Shown here one piece after another: positions 9,855-20,247 of a DNA stretch of 64,000 bases. Position 1 is the stretch's first letter; every line of letters starts with the position of its first letter. The stretch lies in contig CALRMK020000002.1 of assembly GCA_943369185.1 (NCBI GenBank), forward strand, positions 501,368-565,367, given 5' to 3'. The notes beneath the pieces were generated by a model. It did no database searches and was not told the origin of the DNA. It worked only from the letters and a program-made list of their open reading frames with translations. Made by a program: the position numbers and the translations under genes. This DNA is from Caulobacter sp. UNC279MFTsu5.1. GTDB lineage: Bacteria; Bacteroidota; Bacteroidia; Chitinophagales; Chitinophagaceae.

Positions 9855-11087
9855 ATGGCCACGAACCGGAAAGCTGCTATTGGCTTTATCTTTATTACGC
9901 TTTTGATAGATGTGACAGGTTTTGGGGTGATTATTCCCGTTATGCCGAAACTGATCGAACAGTTGCTCGGGATCAATGATATCAGTAAAGTATCGCAATA
10001 TGGCGGTTGGTTAACCTTCGCTTATGCATTTATGCAGTTTCTCTTTGCGCCTGTATTAGGGAACCTGAGCGATAAATACGGAAGAAGGCCTGTTTTACTC
10101 TTCTCACTTTTTGGATTCGGGATCGATTATATCTTCCTGGCTTTTGCGCCTTCCATTATCTGGCTATTTGTAGGCCGTTTGATAGCCGGCGTAACCGGAG
10201 CCAGTTTTACCACTGCTTCGGCCTATATCGCCGATATTAGTACCCCTGAAAACAGGGCTCAGAATTTCGGGATGATCGGTGCTGCTTTCGGACTCGGTTT
10301 TATCATCGGCCCCCTGATAGGTGGTTTGCTGGGCGAGTTGGGGCCCCGTGTGCCTTTTATCGTGGCTGCCTGTCTGGCACTCACCAACTGGTTATACGGA
10401 TACTTTGTGTTACCCGAATCGCTGGATAAGGAACACCGCCGTTCTTTTGAATGGAGAAGGGCCAATCCACTCGGATCTCTGCTGCAACTACGCAAATACC
10501 CGGCAGTAGGTGGATTGGTGGGTTCTTTTGTATTGGTGTATCTCGGTGCACATGCCGTGCAGACCAATTGGAGTTATTTCAATATCGAGAAATTCCATTG
10601 GTCGCCCAAAATGATCGGACTCTCTTTGGGAGCCGTGGGTTTGCTGGTAGGTCTGGTACAGGGTGGGCTGGTACGTGTCATCAATCCCCGTATCGGTAAT
10701 GAACGAAGTGTGTATATCGGATTGGGTTTGTATGCCCTCGGACTGCTGCTCTTTGCCTTTGCCTCTCAAAGCTGGATGATGTTTGTATTTCTGATCCCTT
10801 ACTGTTTGGGGGGAATCGCAGGTCCGGCGCTGCAATCGATCATTTCGGGCCATGTTCCACCCAGTGAACAGGGAGAATTGCAGGGCGCTTTAACGAGTCT
10901 CATGAGTGCCACTTCCATTGTGGGGCCTTTGATCATGACGAACCTGTTTGCGTATTTCACCAGAAAAGATGCGCCGGTATATTTCCCGGGGTCTGCTTTT
11001 TTTCTTGGGTTCCTATTTATGCTGGGTAGTGCTATCTGGGCATATGTAGTACTGCGTGCAGAGAAAGATCCGGCAGGTACTGCATAA
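9855..11087 (+). CDS. TCR/Tet family MFS transporter (TetA-like)
   Basis: Motif [15 protein letters not shown]; AYIADIS; [10 protein letters not shown] motif C; about 12 hydrophobic segments. Confidence 0.92.
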   Translation: MATNRKAAIGFIFITLLIDVTGFGVIIPVMPKLIEQLLGINDISKVSQYGGWLTFAYAFMQFLFAPVLGNLSDKYGRRPVLLFSLFGFGIDYIFLAFAPSIIWLFVGRLIAGVTGASFTTASAYIADISTPENRAQNFGMIGAAFGLGFIIGPLIGGLLGELGPRVPFIVAACLALTNWLYGYFVLPESLDKEHRRSFEWRRANPLGSLLQLRKYPAVGGLVGSFVLVYLGAHAVQTNWSYFNIEKFHWSPKMIGLSLGAVGLLVGLVQGGLVRVINPRIGNERSVYIGLGLYALGLLLFAFASQSWMMFVFLIPYCLGGIAGPALQSIISGHVPPSEQGELQGALTSLMSATSIVGPLIMTNLFAYFTRKDAPVYFPGSAFFLGFLFMLGSAIWAYVVLRAEKDPAGTA

Positions 11088-11091
11088 CGAA

Positions 11092-11838
11092 ATGTCATCA
11101 CATGGTTATGTGATAGCAGCAAGCGCTACTCTGTATTACTTTCACAGGCAAAGCATCTTTACGTCGCTGAAAATAACCTGGAAATATCTCATCGCTTTTA
11201 TTGCCCTGAATATGATCATGGGCGAGTTGCATGAGCAGGCACATATTCAGATGGGTTACCTGATCTGCGGCTGTTATGGTCCCCGAGATTTTAATGTCTG
11301 GACCACCTGCGACACTTGCGCCCATCCATCTCTGGCCTATTGGGCATCGGTGATGGGCCCCCTTTTCTCTTATCTCGTGTATTGGTTCTCGGCTTTGTTT
11401 TTATTGAAGCAGGCAGATGCGAAACGCAGGCAGCTCGGTATAGCCCTGCTCTTTGCCACACTACCCTTTGCCCGCATTTTTACTGCCTGTTTGGGTGGGG
11501 GAGATGAGAAAACGGTATTGGTAATGTTATGGGGAGAACAGTTTTCCTTACCTATACTGAAAGTGATAGCTGCAGTTTTAGTAACTCTTTTCTGTTTACC
11601 GCCCCTGTGGATGGCCATCAAAACTTTGCCGCAGAAAAACCGCTGGTGGTATGCAGCAGGTTTTTGTATTGGTCCGTTGTTGTTTGGGATGTTCTGGCAG
11701 AGATGGATTCTCAAAAATGCCTTATCGCTGGAATGGTGGAAGGATACTTACATAGCCGGAACACCCTTACTGATAATCATACATTTTCTCCTGATGCTGC
11801 TGTTACTGCTCAGATTCCGGAAATCGTTAATGGGATAA
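11092..11838 (+). CDS. Membrane protein with HExxH motif (M50-like metalloprotease candidate)
   Basis: HEQAH inside a hydrophobic segment, later MGPLFS and GGGDE; start uncertain. Confidence 0.6.
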   Translation: MSSHGYVIAASATLYYFHRQSIFTSLKITWKYLIAFIALNMIMGELHEQAHIQMGYLICGCYGPRDFNVWTTCDTCAHPSLAYWASVMGPLFSYLVYWFSALFLLKQADAKRRQLGIALLFATLPFARIFTACLGGGDEKTVLVMLWGEQFSLPILKVIAAVLVTLFCLPPLWMAIKTLPQKNRWWYAAGFCIGPLLFGMFWQRWILKNALSLEWWKDTYIAGTPLLIIIHFLLMLLLLLRFRKSLMG

Positions 11839-11844
11839 GGGGTA

Positions 11845-12438
11845 TCAGGCCTTCTTTTTTTGCACCTGTACATAATACCTGAATCGGACGATCATCGCGG
11901 CTATCACCAGCAGGAAACAGAATTCTGAAAAGAATTTTTCTGCATCCAACCAGTCGGTAGGTCTGTCTTTTAATAAAGGGTCCATCAGCAATCCATGTAG
12001 GAGGAACAATAAGGCAGTGGCATAAGATACCAGATGAATATTCTTCCACAAACGGAATCCCAGTTGCTTTTTAATAACTTTTTGCGTGGTAATGATCACG
12101 AGCAGTAATGCATAAAAACTGATCGTACCCAACAGCACCACGGTACTTTGTTTGGGTGCATTTACGGGCCAGAGAATATGCTGCCAGGTAAACTGTTGTT
12201 CTTTATCCAATAAAAGAAACAAAGGATGCATGACTACAAAGCATAAAGCAATATACGCAGTCCAGTTATGCAGGTCATCAATGCTGATCTTTTGTACAGC
12301 GGGTGGTAATTTTTTCCAATATATGGAACGTTTGTAGGCAGTGCTCAGCAGCATACCCAGCAGAAAATTAAAAGTCAGTAGCCCGGTGGCACAAAGTCCC
12401 ATGGCTCCGGAAATATCAAGATAACTCAGGCCAAACAT
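11845..12438 (-). CDS. Ferric reductase-like transmembrane domain protein (MsrQ-like heme-binding)
   Basis: LHNWTAY..MHP and WKNIHLVSY..LLHG paired His residues in TM helices. Confidence 0.8.
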   Translation of the reverse strand: MFGLSYLDISGAMGLCATGLLTFNFLLGMLLSTAYKRSIYWKKLPPAVQKISIDDLHNWTAYIALCFVVMHPLFLLLDKEQQFTWQHILWPVNAPKQSTVVLLGTISFYALLLVIITTQKVIKKQLGFRLWKNIHLVSYATALLFLLHGLLMDPLLKDRPTDWLDAEKFFSEFCFLLVIAAMIVRFRYYVQVQKKKA

Positions 12439-12470
12439 AGTCAGTTAATTGTTTTTTTTTAATCATATAC

Positions 12471-14288
12471 CTATTTCACCCGGCTGCTGAACCAGCTATC
12501 CCTGATTTGCTGCATCGCTGCTGTAACCGGTTTGCCGGATTGTTCAAAAGCTGCCACAGAAATGGTCGCATTCTCGCCCAGCACCAGACGGGTTTGTTTT
12601 TCTGTATCCCGGTGTTTATAGGTTACAGTAATAGCGTCTCCCGGTTTTTTCGTGGAAAGATAACTGTTGATATCCATGGAACTTTTTACGGGTGTGTCAT
12701 CCAGCTTCAGGATCTCATCGTCTATATCCAGGCCCGCTTCATAGGCCGGACTTCCTTTCACTGTATTGCTTCCAATCACGAGTTTATTACCGCTAGCTCT
12801 TGTGCTGGCACCCAGCCAGGCTTTGCCTTCTCCTGTTTTCACAAGATCATATCCTGCTTTACCCAGTAAGCTTGCATAATCGATCATCTCGTGCCCGTTA
12901 ATGTATTTACTGAAAAAAGCAGTTGCAAAATTGTTGTCTGTTACAGTGGCCAGTATTTCCTGCATGTCGGCAATGGTGTACGCCGTTTCGGTTTTACCAA
13001 AGCGCTTCCACATGGCCTGCATGAATACATCCAGTGTTTGCTGGTATTTTGTCTGCATTTCCAGGTCAAGTGCCAATGCAATGGCCGCTCCGTAGGTATA
13101 ATAGGAGCTGAACATATTGGCATAGTTATTTTTGTCAATCGATACCGCAGCATCAACAAAAACCGCATGGTTACTGGCTTGTACCGGTGAATACCATTTT
13201 GCGCCGGGTGTGTTCTGTTTGGTATTGATCAGGGATGAGATCTGGTATAGATAGGTAGCGGGTTGCGACAATCCGGCTCTTGCCAGTAACAACTCGCCAT
13301 AATATTGGGTAAACCCTTCTGCAAACCATAATTCATGGCTCATATTGCTTTTATCGAAACGGAAGGGTTCCAGTGTTTTCGGACGGATACGTTCTACATT
13401 CCAGTTATGAAAATATTCATGCGAGAATACGCCCAGCAGACCACCGGCTGAAAAGCTGCTCATGGGTATAGCGATCATGGTGGAATTGCGGTGTTCCATC
13501 CCATCACCATGCACATAGGGATTGGCACTGGCAATAAAAGTGTAACTGCCGTAATCGTATTTCGGAAATTCACCGAATACGGCACGGGCTTCTGTCACCA
13601 TCTTTTTAACCTTCTCTGTCAGTTCCTCCAACTGCGATTCATTGGCTTTGGCCTCCAGTGCAATGCGTATGGTATAGCGGCTGCCATCGGGATTGGTCAC
13701 GGGCCATTCACGGAATTGGATATCGCCGATCTTGGTGGGACTATCCATAAAATACTGGAGTCCCGGTGCGGTGAACGTATAAGGATCAGCCGTCGTAACC
13801 AGCTGTGTGGCCACTATGCCCCGGTTTTCTTTCGGTAACACAAAGCGGATGGTTATCGGCGCTTTGTCCAATCCCTGCATCCACATAAAGACGGCGGGCA
13901 TATTCAGGTGTATGCTTTCCGGATCAATACCGGCATAAGTGCCATCGGCATAATTGCCATAGATGGTGTAAGAGAGTGTAACCGTTCCTTTGTGAGAAAG
14001 CACTTCATACACATCACCATCTACTCTTACCACAGAGAGGGTTTTCCCAGTTGCATCAGTGGCTTTTACATCATACACATTCTTGCCGAATTCATGCGTG
14101 GCATACCGGCCGGGAGAGGAGCGGCTCATCCGGAATTGGGCCTTGGTTAGCGGAATGCCTGAAACGGTCAGTTCAATCTGCGCCTCATGATGCACTGCAT
14201 TGGGAAAGGATACGCGGTAAGAAACTTGCTGGGCACCAACGGTTATCACGGTAACAAGGAGTAGGGCAGATATAAACAGTTTTTTCAT
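12471..14288 (-). CDS. M61 family glycyl aminopeptidase with PDZ domain
   Basis: Signal peptide; GMEHRNST, HEYFHNWNVERIRP, WFAEGFTQYY; C-terminal PDZ (GSPAYEAGLDIDDEI). Confidence 0.93.
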   Translation of the reverse strand: MKKLFISALLLVTVITVGAQQVSYRVSFPNAVHHEAQIELTVSGIPLTKAQFRMSRSSPGRYATHEFGKNVYDVKATDATGKTLSVVRVDGDVYEVLSHKGTVTLSYTIYGNYADGTYAGIDPESIHLNMPAVFMWMQGLDKAPITIRFVLPKENRGIVATQLVTTADPYTFTAPGLQYFMDSPTKIGDIQFREWPVTNPDGSRYTIRIALEAKANESQLEELTEKVKKMVTEARAVFGEFPKYDYGSYTFIASANPYVHGDGMEHRNSTMIAIPMSSFSAGGLLGVFSHEYFHNWNVERIRPKTLEPFRFDKSNMSHELWFAEGFTQYYGELLLARAGLSQPATYLYQISSLINTKQNTPGAKWYSPVQASNHAVFVDAAVSIDKNNYANMFSSYYTYGAAIALALDLEMQTKYQQTLDVFMQAMWKRFGKTETAYTIADMQEILATVTDNNFATAFFSKYINGHEMIDYASLLGKAGYDLVKTGEGKAWLGASTRASGNKLVIGSNTVKGSPAYEAGLDIDDEILKLDDTPVKSSMDINSYLSTKKPGDAITVTYKHRDTEKQTRLVLGENATISVAAFEQSGKPVTAAMQQIRDSWFSSRVK

Positions 14289-14495
14289 CATAAACAGCAT
14301 ATTTAACAGATCAGATGCAGGTAGCTAAGATAAGTGCTGCGAATGGGTTTACACCTATATTGCCCCGTCTCTTACATGAACGGATAAAAGAACTGTATTG
14401 CTGATGCTTAAGCATTTATATCTGCGAAAACCGCCTATTGGCGCATATTTAACAGTTCAGAACCATAATTATTAGGATGGGATGTGTTTTAGCGT

Positions 14496-14503
14496 TACCT
14501 TTG
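14496..14503 (+). promoter_or_regulatory. Bacteroidota sigma-ABfr -7 box upstream of the cold-shock gene
   Basis: TACCTTTG matches TAnnTTTG. Confidence 0.65.
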
Positions 14504-14531
14504 CGGCCATTAATTATTTACAATTTTACAA

Positions 14532-14735
14532 ATGGACACACAAATCACAGGAACTGTAAAGTTCTTTAACGAAGAAAAAGGTTTTGGATTTATTAAGCAT
14601 GATAACTCCAGTAAAGAAACTTTTGTACATGCCAATGGCTTGATCGATCAGATCGAAGCAAACGACAAAGTCGTTTTTGATGTACAGGAAGGACGTAAAG
14701 GCTTGAATGCCGTTAACGTGAAACGTTTAAGCTAA
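14532..14735 (+). CDS. Cold-shock domain protein
   Basis: GTVKFFNEEKGFGFI (RNP1) and FVHAN (RNP2). Confidence 0.97.
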   Translation: MDTQITGTVKFFNEEKGFGFIKHDNSSKETFVHANGLIDQIEANDKVVFDVQEGRKGLNAVNVKRLS

Positions 14736-14760
14736 TCACTGAACTTTCTTAACCTACTAT

Positions 14761-14795
14761 AGGCCACTCCGCTCAGCGAAGTGGCCTTTTTCTTT
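14761..14795 (+). terminator. Intrinsic terminator after the csp gene
   Basis: AGGCCACT-loop-AGTGGCCT followed by TTTTCTTT. Confidence 0.8.
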
Positions 14796-14822
14796 GGGAG
14801 AAACCTTCGTTGCTAAAAATAC

Positions 14823-14850
14823 CTCTCACTACTCACCACTCACTTCTCCC
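14823..14850. repeat. Short heptamer tandem repeat
   Basis: CTCTCAC TACTCAC CACTCAC TTCTCCC, upstream of a TATCTTTG box at 14868. Confidence 0.5.
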
Positions 14851-14895
14851 GATTGCCCCCATATCGTTATCTTTGCCCACTTAAAAAATCAGCAT

Positions 14896-15717
14896 ATGTC
14901 AGATACCATGCAACAGTTGCAGGAAACAGTTACCTATATCCGTGGATTGGTGAATGGGGAAGCTGCTACCGGGATTATCCTGGGTAGCGGACTGGGTAAC
15001 CTCTCTAATGTGATCGTAACAGAAAAAGAGATCCCGTATAACGATATCCCCCATTTTCCGGTTAGCACTGTAGAAGGGCACAAGGGCCGTTTGATCTTTG
15101 GCGAACTGGGCGGTAAAAAAGTGTGGGTAATGGCCGGTCGTTTTCACTTTTATGAAGGGTATACTGCGCAGCAGGTTTCTTTCCCGGTACGGGTGATGCG
15201 ATTACTGGGTGTACAAACCCTTTTACTCTCTAACGCAGCCGGTGGGGTGAATCCTGCTTTCGGGATTGGTGACCTGATGATCATTAACGACCATATCAGC
15301 CTCTTTACGGTCAACCCGCTACTGGGTAAGAATGAGGACAAGCTGGGAACCCGTTTCCCGGATATGAGCGAGCCATACAGCAAAGAATTGATCAAACTAG
15401 CACGTGAGATCGCAGCTAAAAACAATATCTCCCTGCAACAGGGGGTATACACCGGCGTAACCGGCCCCACATTCGAAACCCGGGCAGAATATAAACTGAT
15501 CCATATTCTGGGTGGCGATGCTGTGGGTATGAGCACCGTTCAGGAAACCATTGCAGCTGTTCATTGCGGTATGCGGGTATTTGCGATCAGCGTTATCACC
15601 GATCTGGGGATCCGCGAAGAGGAAAATACCATCACCCATGAAGAAGTATTACAGGCAGCCAAAGAAGCAGAACCCAAACTTACCCTGCTGTTCACCGAAC
15701 TCGTGAAAAGCCTGTAA
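14896..15717 (+). CDS. punA: Purine-nucleoside phosphorylase (trimeric type)
   Basis: GIILGSGLG, GRFHFYEGY, NAAGG, GPTFET, DAVGMSTV.E. Confidence 0.95.
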   Translation: MSDTMQQLQETVTYIRGLVNGEAATGIILGSGLGNLSNVIVTEKEIPYNDIPHFPVSTVEGHKGRLIFGELGGKKVWVMAGRFHFYEGYTAQQVSFPVRVMRLLGVQTLLLSNAAGGVNPAFGIGDLMIINDHISLFTVNPLLGKNEDKLGTRFPDMSEPYSKELIKLAREIAAKNNISLQQGVYTGVTGPTFETRAEYKLIHILGGDAVGMSTVQETIAAVHCGMRVFAISVITDLGIREEENTITHEEVLQAAKEAEPKLTLLFTELVKSL

Positions 15718-15718
15718 A

Positions 15719-15792
15719 AGTTAGGAGTTGGGAGTCTGGAGTTAGGAGTCTTGCACAAACCACTCCAGACTCCTAACTCCCAACTCCAGACT
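15719..15792. repeat. GGAGT-heptamer inverted tandem-repeat hairpin, copy A
   Basis: AGTTAGG AGTTGGG AGTCTGG AGTTAGG AGTC / TTGCACAAACC / ACTCCAG ACTCCTA ACTCCCA ACTCCAG ACT. Confidence 0.9.
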
Positions 15793-15847
15793 ATATTTAA
15801 CGCCATCCTTAGTAGCTTTACCCTTATTTTTCAGCACATTTGCAAGC

Positions 15848-17893
15848 ATGCGTCTACTGTCAGGTCGGAATATATTGATGGGACTGTTTTTACTCCTGCT
15901 CGGAAACAGTGCTTTGCAGGCGCAATCCCGGTTTGGGCAAACGGGTAATCTGCAAACGAATACAGCACCCATTACTTACGATAGCCAGGGCCGGCCGATG
16001 AAGAAGAATACAGGTAATGATTCTTTACAACGGCGCGACAGGAATGCGGATTCTATCACCATTTTCTATAAATACTTTGATTCCAGCAGGCTACGGACCA
16101 TTGATTCTTCGATCAATGATTTTACCACCCGTTTCCCCTTGCCCTATTATTACCATACGCTCGGTAATTATTCAACCGCATCACAATCCTATTTTTTCAA
16201 TCCCATTATGAAACCCGGTTTTGATGCAGGGTTTCATCAATACGATATCTACAGTTATACGATCGAGGGAACCCGGCTGTTTCAGACCACCCGGCCTTAC
16301 ACGGAACTGTCTTATGTATTGGGCAGCAAAGCAGAGCAGTTATTAAGCGTTACCCATACACAGAACCGCAACAGCAACCTGAATTTTTCGGTAGAGTACC
16401 GTTTCAATAATGCACCGGGCAATCTGAAAAATCAGAATGCCAGTCAGAATAATTTCCGGTTTGTAACGCATTACCAGACCCTGAATAAGAAATATGAGAA
16501 CTTCCTCGTATTCATCTCTAATAAAAGTGCTTCTTCTGAAAATGGGGGTTTGCAGGATGTGACCAAACTGGATAGTCTGGCACTGAATGATCCCTACGAA
16601 CTGGAAACCCGTTTGGGAAAAGCCGGCACTGCCGGACGAAACCCTTTTAACACCGCTGTGAATACCGGTAATATCTACAAGAATACCACTTTTCTGTACC
16701 GGCATCATTTTGATCTTGGATCAAGGGATTCATTGGTAACAGATTCTATTACTTACCAGTTATTTTATCCTCGTTTCCGCATAGAACATACCTTCCGGTA
16801 TACCACCAGTAACTATAACTTTTTTGATAAGTTCGTAGACTCTGCCCGATATAAAAAATATTTCAATTACAGCACGCCAGACAATGAGCCCATCAGTTTC
16901 AAAGATGCCTGGAGCGATCTCTACAATGAATTCAGCCTGATCTCTTTCCCCGATAAGAACAACCTTTCACAGTTTCTGAAAGCCGGTATCGCCCTGCAGA
17001 ACCTGAAAGGTACTTTTGATGATTCGGTAGCTACCCTGTCTTTGTATAATCTTTCTTTACTGGGCGAATACCGCAACCGAACCCGTAACCAGGTATGGGA
17101 TATTGAAGCTACCGGACAGTTGTATGTCAATGGATTTCACTCCGGCGATTATGCAGCGTATATCAGTATGAAACGGATGCTGGGAAAAAAACTGGGTTAC
17201 CTGAACATCGGATTCCAGAATGTGAACCGGGCACCGTCTTTTATCCTCAACCCGATCAGCCGGTTTCCGGTAACAAACAGAAGCGCCTACGGGAAAGAGA
17301 ATGTGATCCGTTTTTTTGCCCTGTACGAGAATCCCAGAAATGGCTGGAAGCTGGGAGGGGAGTACTTTGCGGTGAATAATTATATGTATTTCGACAGTTT
17401 CTTTTCAGCCAAACAATATGCTACGCTGTTTAATGTACTACATCTGACAGCAGAGAAAAAATTCCGCCTGTCTAAATACTGGAATTGGTATACCGAAATA
17501 CACCTGCAGCAAACCACCGGACAGCCACCTGTAAATCTTCCTTTTATTCTAACACGTAACCGCCTGGCATTTGAAGGTAATTTCGCTACGAATCTTTTCC
17601 TGTCTACCGGTCTGGAAATCCGTTATACAACCGCTTATAAGGCCGATGATTACTCACCCTTTATCGGTCAGTATTTTTTGCAGAATACGAATACCATTTC
17701 CAACCGGCCGGATATAACTGCATTCATGCATTTCAGGATCAAAAGTTTCAAAGGGTTTCTTCGGATAGAAAATCTGAATACATTGAATGTGAAGAGCGGG
17801 TTCTCTTTTAACAAACCTAATTTTATGACCACCCATAATCCCGGCACCGGACTTTGGACGCGTTTTGGCCTCTGGTGGAACTTTATAAATTAA
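15848..17893 (+). CDS. Putative beta-barrel porin (Bacteroidota putative porin family)
   Basis: Signal peptide; 681 aa; YHTLGN and PYTELSY motifs; aromatic C-terminus FGLWWNFIN. Confidence 0.8.
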   Translation: MRLLSGRNILMGLFLLLLGNSALQAQSRFGQTGNLQTNTAPITYDSQGRPMKKNTGNDSLQRRDRNADSITIFYKYFDSSRLRTIDSSINDFTTRFPLPYYYHTLGNYSTASQSYFFNPIMKPGFDAGFHQYDIYSYTIEGTRLFQTTRPYTELSYVLGSKAEQLLSVTHTQNRNSNLNFSVEYRFNNAPGNLKNQNASQNNFRFVTHYQTLNKKYENFLVFISNKSASSENGGLQDVTKLDSLALNDPYELETRLGKAGTAGRNPFNTAVNTGNIYKNTTFLYRHHFDLGSRDSLVTDSITYQLFYPRFRIEHTFRYTTSNYNFFDKFVDSARYKKYFNYSTPDNEPISFKDAWSDLYNEFSLISFPDKNNLSQFLKAGIALQNLKGTFDDSVATLSLYNLSLLGEYRNRTRNQVWDIEATGQLYVNGFHSGDYAAYISMKRMLGKKLGYLNIGFQNVNRAPSFILNPISRFPVTNRSAYGKENVIRFFALYENPRNGWKLGGEYFAVNNYMYFDSFFSAKQYATLFNVLHLTAEKKFRLSKYWNWYTEIHLQQTTGQPPVNLPFILTRNRLAFEGNFATNLFLSTGLEIRYTTAYKADDYSPFIGQYFLQNTNTISNRPDITAFMHFRIKSFKGFLRIENLNTLNVKSGFSFNKPNFMTTHNPGTGLWTRFGLWWNFIN

Positions 17894-17904
17894 GGGAAAT
17901 GGCG

Positions 17905-18882
17905 TTAGTGTTTTAGCGCCCTTTTTTTGATCATACCTCCCCTGGTATCTTTCACACTGTTCATCACTACAAATGCGTGCGGATCAATTTTTTCGATTTC
18001 GGTATTCAGTTTGTTCAGCTCCAGTCGGGTAACTACGGTGTAAATGATATCGATATCATTCCTTTCGCCATGACTTCCGAATCCACGTTTGCCTTTATAC
18101 ACGGTCAACCCACGGCCGATCTTGTCCATGATCATCATCCTGATCTCTTCACTGTGCGGCGATACAATGGTTACGCCGGTATATTCCTCAATACCCTCGA
18201 TCACAAAATCCAGTGCTTTGGAAGCAACGAGGTAAGTGATCATGGAGTAGAGGGCAGTTTCAACAGAGAGGAGATAGGCGGCAGCAGAAAACACGAGCAC
18301 GTTGAACATGATAATAAAATCACCGATAGTAGTGCCCAGTTTCTTACTCAGGAAAATAGCCAGTACTTCCGTTCCATCAATCACCGCACCACCTCTTACC
18401 GAGAGTCCGATACCGGCACCTAGAAAAAATCCGCCAAAAACGGAGACTAATAATTTATCATGGGTGATTTGCGGAAAATGAACAAAAGCAACTGTGATAG
18501 CCAGGCCGGTAATGGCAATGCCTGTTTTGATGGCGAAATTGCGGCCAATTACTTTGTAGCCCAGGTACACGAATGGAATGTTTATCGTGATCAACAAAAA
18601 GTATAAGGGAATATCTGCCAGTTCAGAAATCAGCAGTGAGATACCGGTGGCACCACCATCTATAAAAGCATTGGGTAAGAGAAAACTTTCGAGACCAAAA
18701 GCAGCAGATAGGATACCAGCTGCCATAAAAAAAATATCTCTGACCAGCCGCAGCAGATTGATCTTTAATTCACGAAACCCCTTGGCAAGTTCATAATCAG
18801 AATAGTCTGCTTCGCCCCGTTCGTTTTCATTTTTCGGGTGCAGTATGGTTCTTGTGATGATTTTTGTCCAGAAGGAATTCAT
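17905..18882 (-). CDS. YitT family membrane protein (DUF161 + DUF2179)
   Basis: FIDGGATGISLL, NIPF, GGAVIDGTEVLAI, C-terminal G.T...G.G and DPHAFV. Confidence 0.92.
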   Translation of the reverse strand: MNSFWTKIITRTILHPKNENERGEADYSDYELAKGFRELKINLLRLVRDIFFMAAGILSAAFGLESFLLPNAFIDGGATGISLLISELADIPLYFLLITINIPFVYLGYKVIGRNFAIKTGIAITGLAITVAFVHFPQITHDKLLVSVFGGFFLGAGIGLSVRGGAVIDGTEVLAIFLSKKLGTTIGDFIIMFNVLVFSAAAYLLSVETALYSMITYLVASKALDFVIEGIEEYTGVTIVSPHSEEIRMMIMDKIGRGLTVYKGKRGFGSHGERNDIDIIYTVVTRLELNKLNTEIEKIDPHAFVVMNSVKDTRGGMIKKRALKH

Positions 18883-18923
18883 GTATTTGAAGATACAAAG
18901 AAATCTGCATCCTTCTGTTGCTG

Positions 18924-20120
18924 CTACGCTTCAAAGTAGGCAAGGCTTCCGCCTACCCATTCCTTGTCTTTGTTATAGCGCACACCGATCATTTTTCCTT
19001 TACTGAGTCTTGCAAGGTTATTGGTAGCTACCGGTCTGACTGCTCCTTCTTTCCAGAAATAAAAGATCCTGATCTCTACTTTGGCAGGGATGTCGGGTGT
19101 AGGTATAACGGCTGCATACTGCACTTTTTTCTGCAGGATCCAGTTTTGCGGGTCGGTAACATTGTCAATATCTTCTTTGGTAACATCAATCACTACACCC
19201 TGTCCGGCAAAAGAGAATAAGGGTTTTAAAACATAGTTCTCCAGATCAGCTGGGATCTCGGTAAGCTGGTTCAGAAACCAGGTTTTAGGAACATAGGGAT
19301 GATCAATAAACGGTAAAGTGTATTTACTGATGCGGTAAAACCAGTTGGGATGCGGTACCCATTCTACCGCCAGATCTGTTAAGAGTAATTTTCCTTTTTC
19401 CTGGATCTCTGCCGATTGTTGCTGCAGATCGTCAAAAATGATCCGGTTATAGATCCTGTGTACAGCGATCTTCTTTCCTTCTTTCAGGTAAAATAAATGC
19501 CGTCCCTCCTGTATCAGCTCTGTTAAACACACAACGGGAATACCTACGTAATCAGTGGTACAATAGAAATCGATCTTTGTTTTCTGCTGGTGTGGCAGGA
19601 TCTCCAGCAGAATCACATTTTCCGGCTGGTGTGTGCCCAGTATCACTTCGCGGAGTAACTGCTGGTAAGTCTCTTTTGTAAATCCACTCAGGTAAGAGTG
19701 ATAATTAGCCGGGATGTCGAAATGTTTGCGTGTTACTTCATCATGCCAGATCTGGTAAGCGAACAGGGTAGGGAAGCCCTGCATTTCGATCAGCTGTGGT
19801 TCCAGTTCACCGCTGGCATTCTCACAGATCCCGAAATCAAATGCAATAAAATGGGTATGCGCATTCTCATTCGGCACTTTTACTTCCGGTGGTATGGCAT
19901 GCGCGCTGATTGAATTGAAATTGAACTGCGTAATCACATCTACAATACTTTCGCAGGCAGACAGGACTTTGTCTGTAAAAACTTTATCAATGAATACCGG
20001 TGTTTCTGCCACCCGGAATTCAATGGCTCCGGGATGTTTACTGTGTAATTCCTTAAGGTAGGCTTCGTATTTCTCCGTAGTAAAATTTTCGTTGAAATGT
20101 TTTCTGACAGATGGTACCAT
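18924..20120 (-). CDS. Circularly permuted ATP-grasp / glutathionylspermidine-synthetase-like amidoligase
   Basis: Motif order FDF...LIEMQGFP, then RISKYTLP, then YVLKPLFSFAGQGV, then WILQKKV. Confidence 0.65.
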   Translation of the reverse strand: MVPSVRKHFNENFTTEKYEAYLKELHSKHPGAIEFRVAETPVFIDKVFTDKVLSACESIVDVITQFNFNSISAHAIPPEVKVPNENAHTHFIAFDFGICENASGELEPQLIEMQGFPTLFAYQIWHDEVTRKHFDIPANYHSYLSGFTKETYQQLLREVILGTHQPENVILLEILPHQQKTKIDFYCTTDYVGIPVVCLTELIQEGRHLFYLKEGKKIAVHRIYNRIIFDDLQQQSAEIQEKGKLLLTDLAVEWVPHPNWFYRISKYTLPFIDHPYVPKTWFLNQLTEIPADLENYVLKPLFSFAGQGVVIDVTKEDIDNVTDPQNWILQKKVQYAAVIPTPDIPAKVEIRIFYFWKEGAVRPVATNNLARLSKGKMIGVRYNKDKEWVGGSLAYFEA

Positions 20121-20247
20121 ATAGCTGTATTTGGCTTCACCTGAAAGTAAAAAATCCTTTCCAATACCCGAAAGATTTTTTAACTCACTGATTAATCGTA
20201 TTTTCCAATAGCAGCTAAACAGTGATTCTGTTATTATTCAAATATCT

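Noticed and set aside
9809-11087. TetR (4165) as regulator of the Tet-like MFS, i.e. a tetracycline-resistance module
   Set aside because: The genes are 5 kb apart, the TetR palindrome is absent upstream of the MFS gene, and no mobile context is present; TCR/Tet-type MFS genes are common chromosomal genes.
15719-15792. Heptamer arrays as a CRISPR array
   Set aside because: Units are 7 bp and contiguous, with no unique spacers and no cas genes; the same holds for copies B and C.
15561-15948. ORFs with ELGVWS/TPNS-type repeats (also 29840..30052 and the N-terminus of 21085..22002)
   Set aside because: Translations of the heptamer DNA repeat, not proteins.
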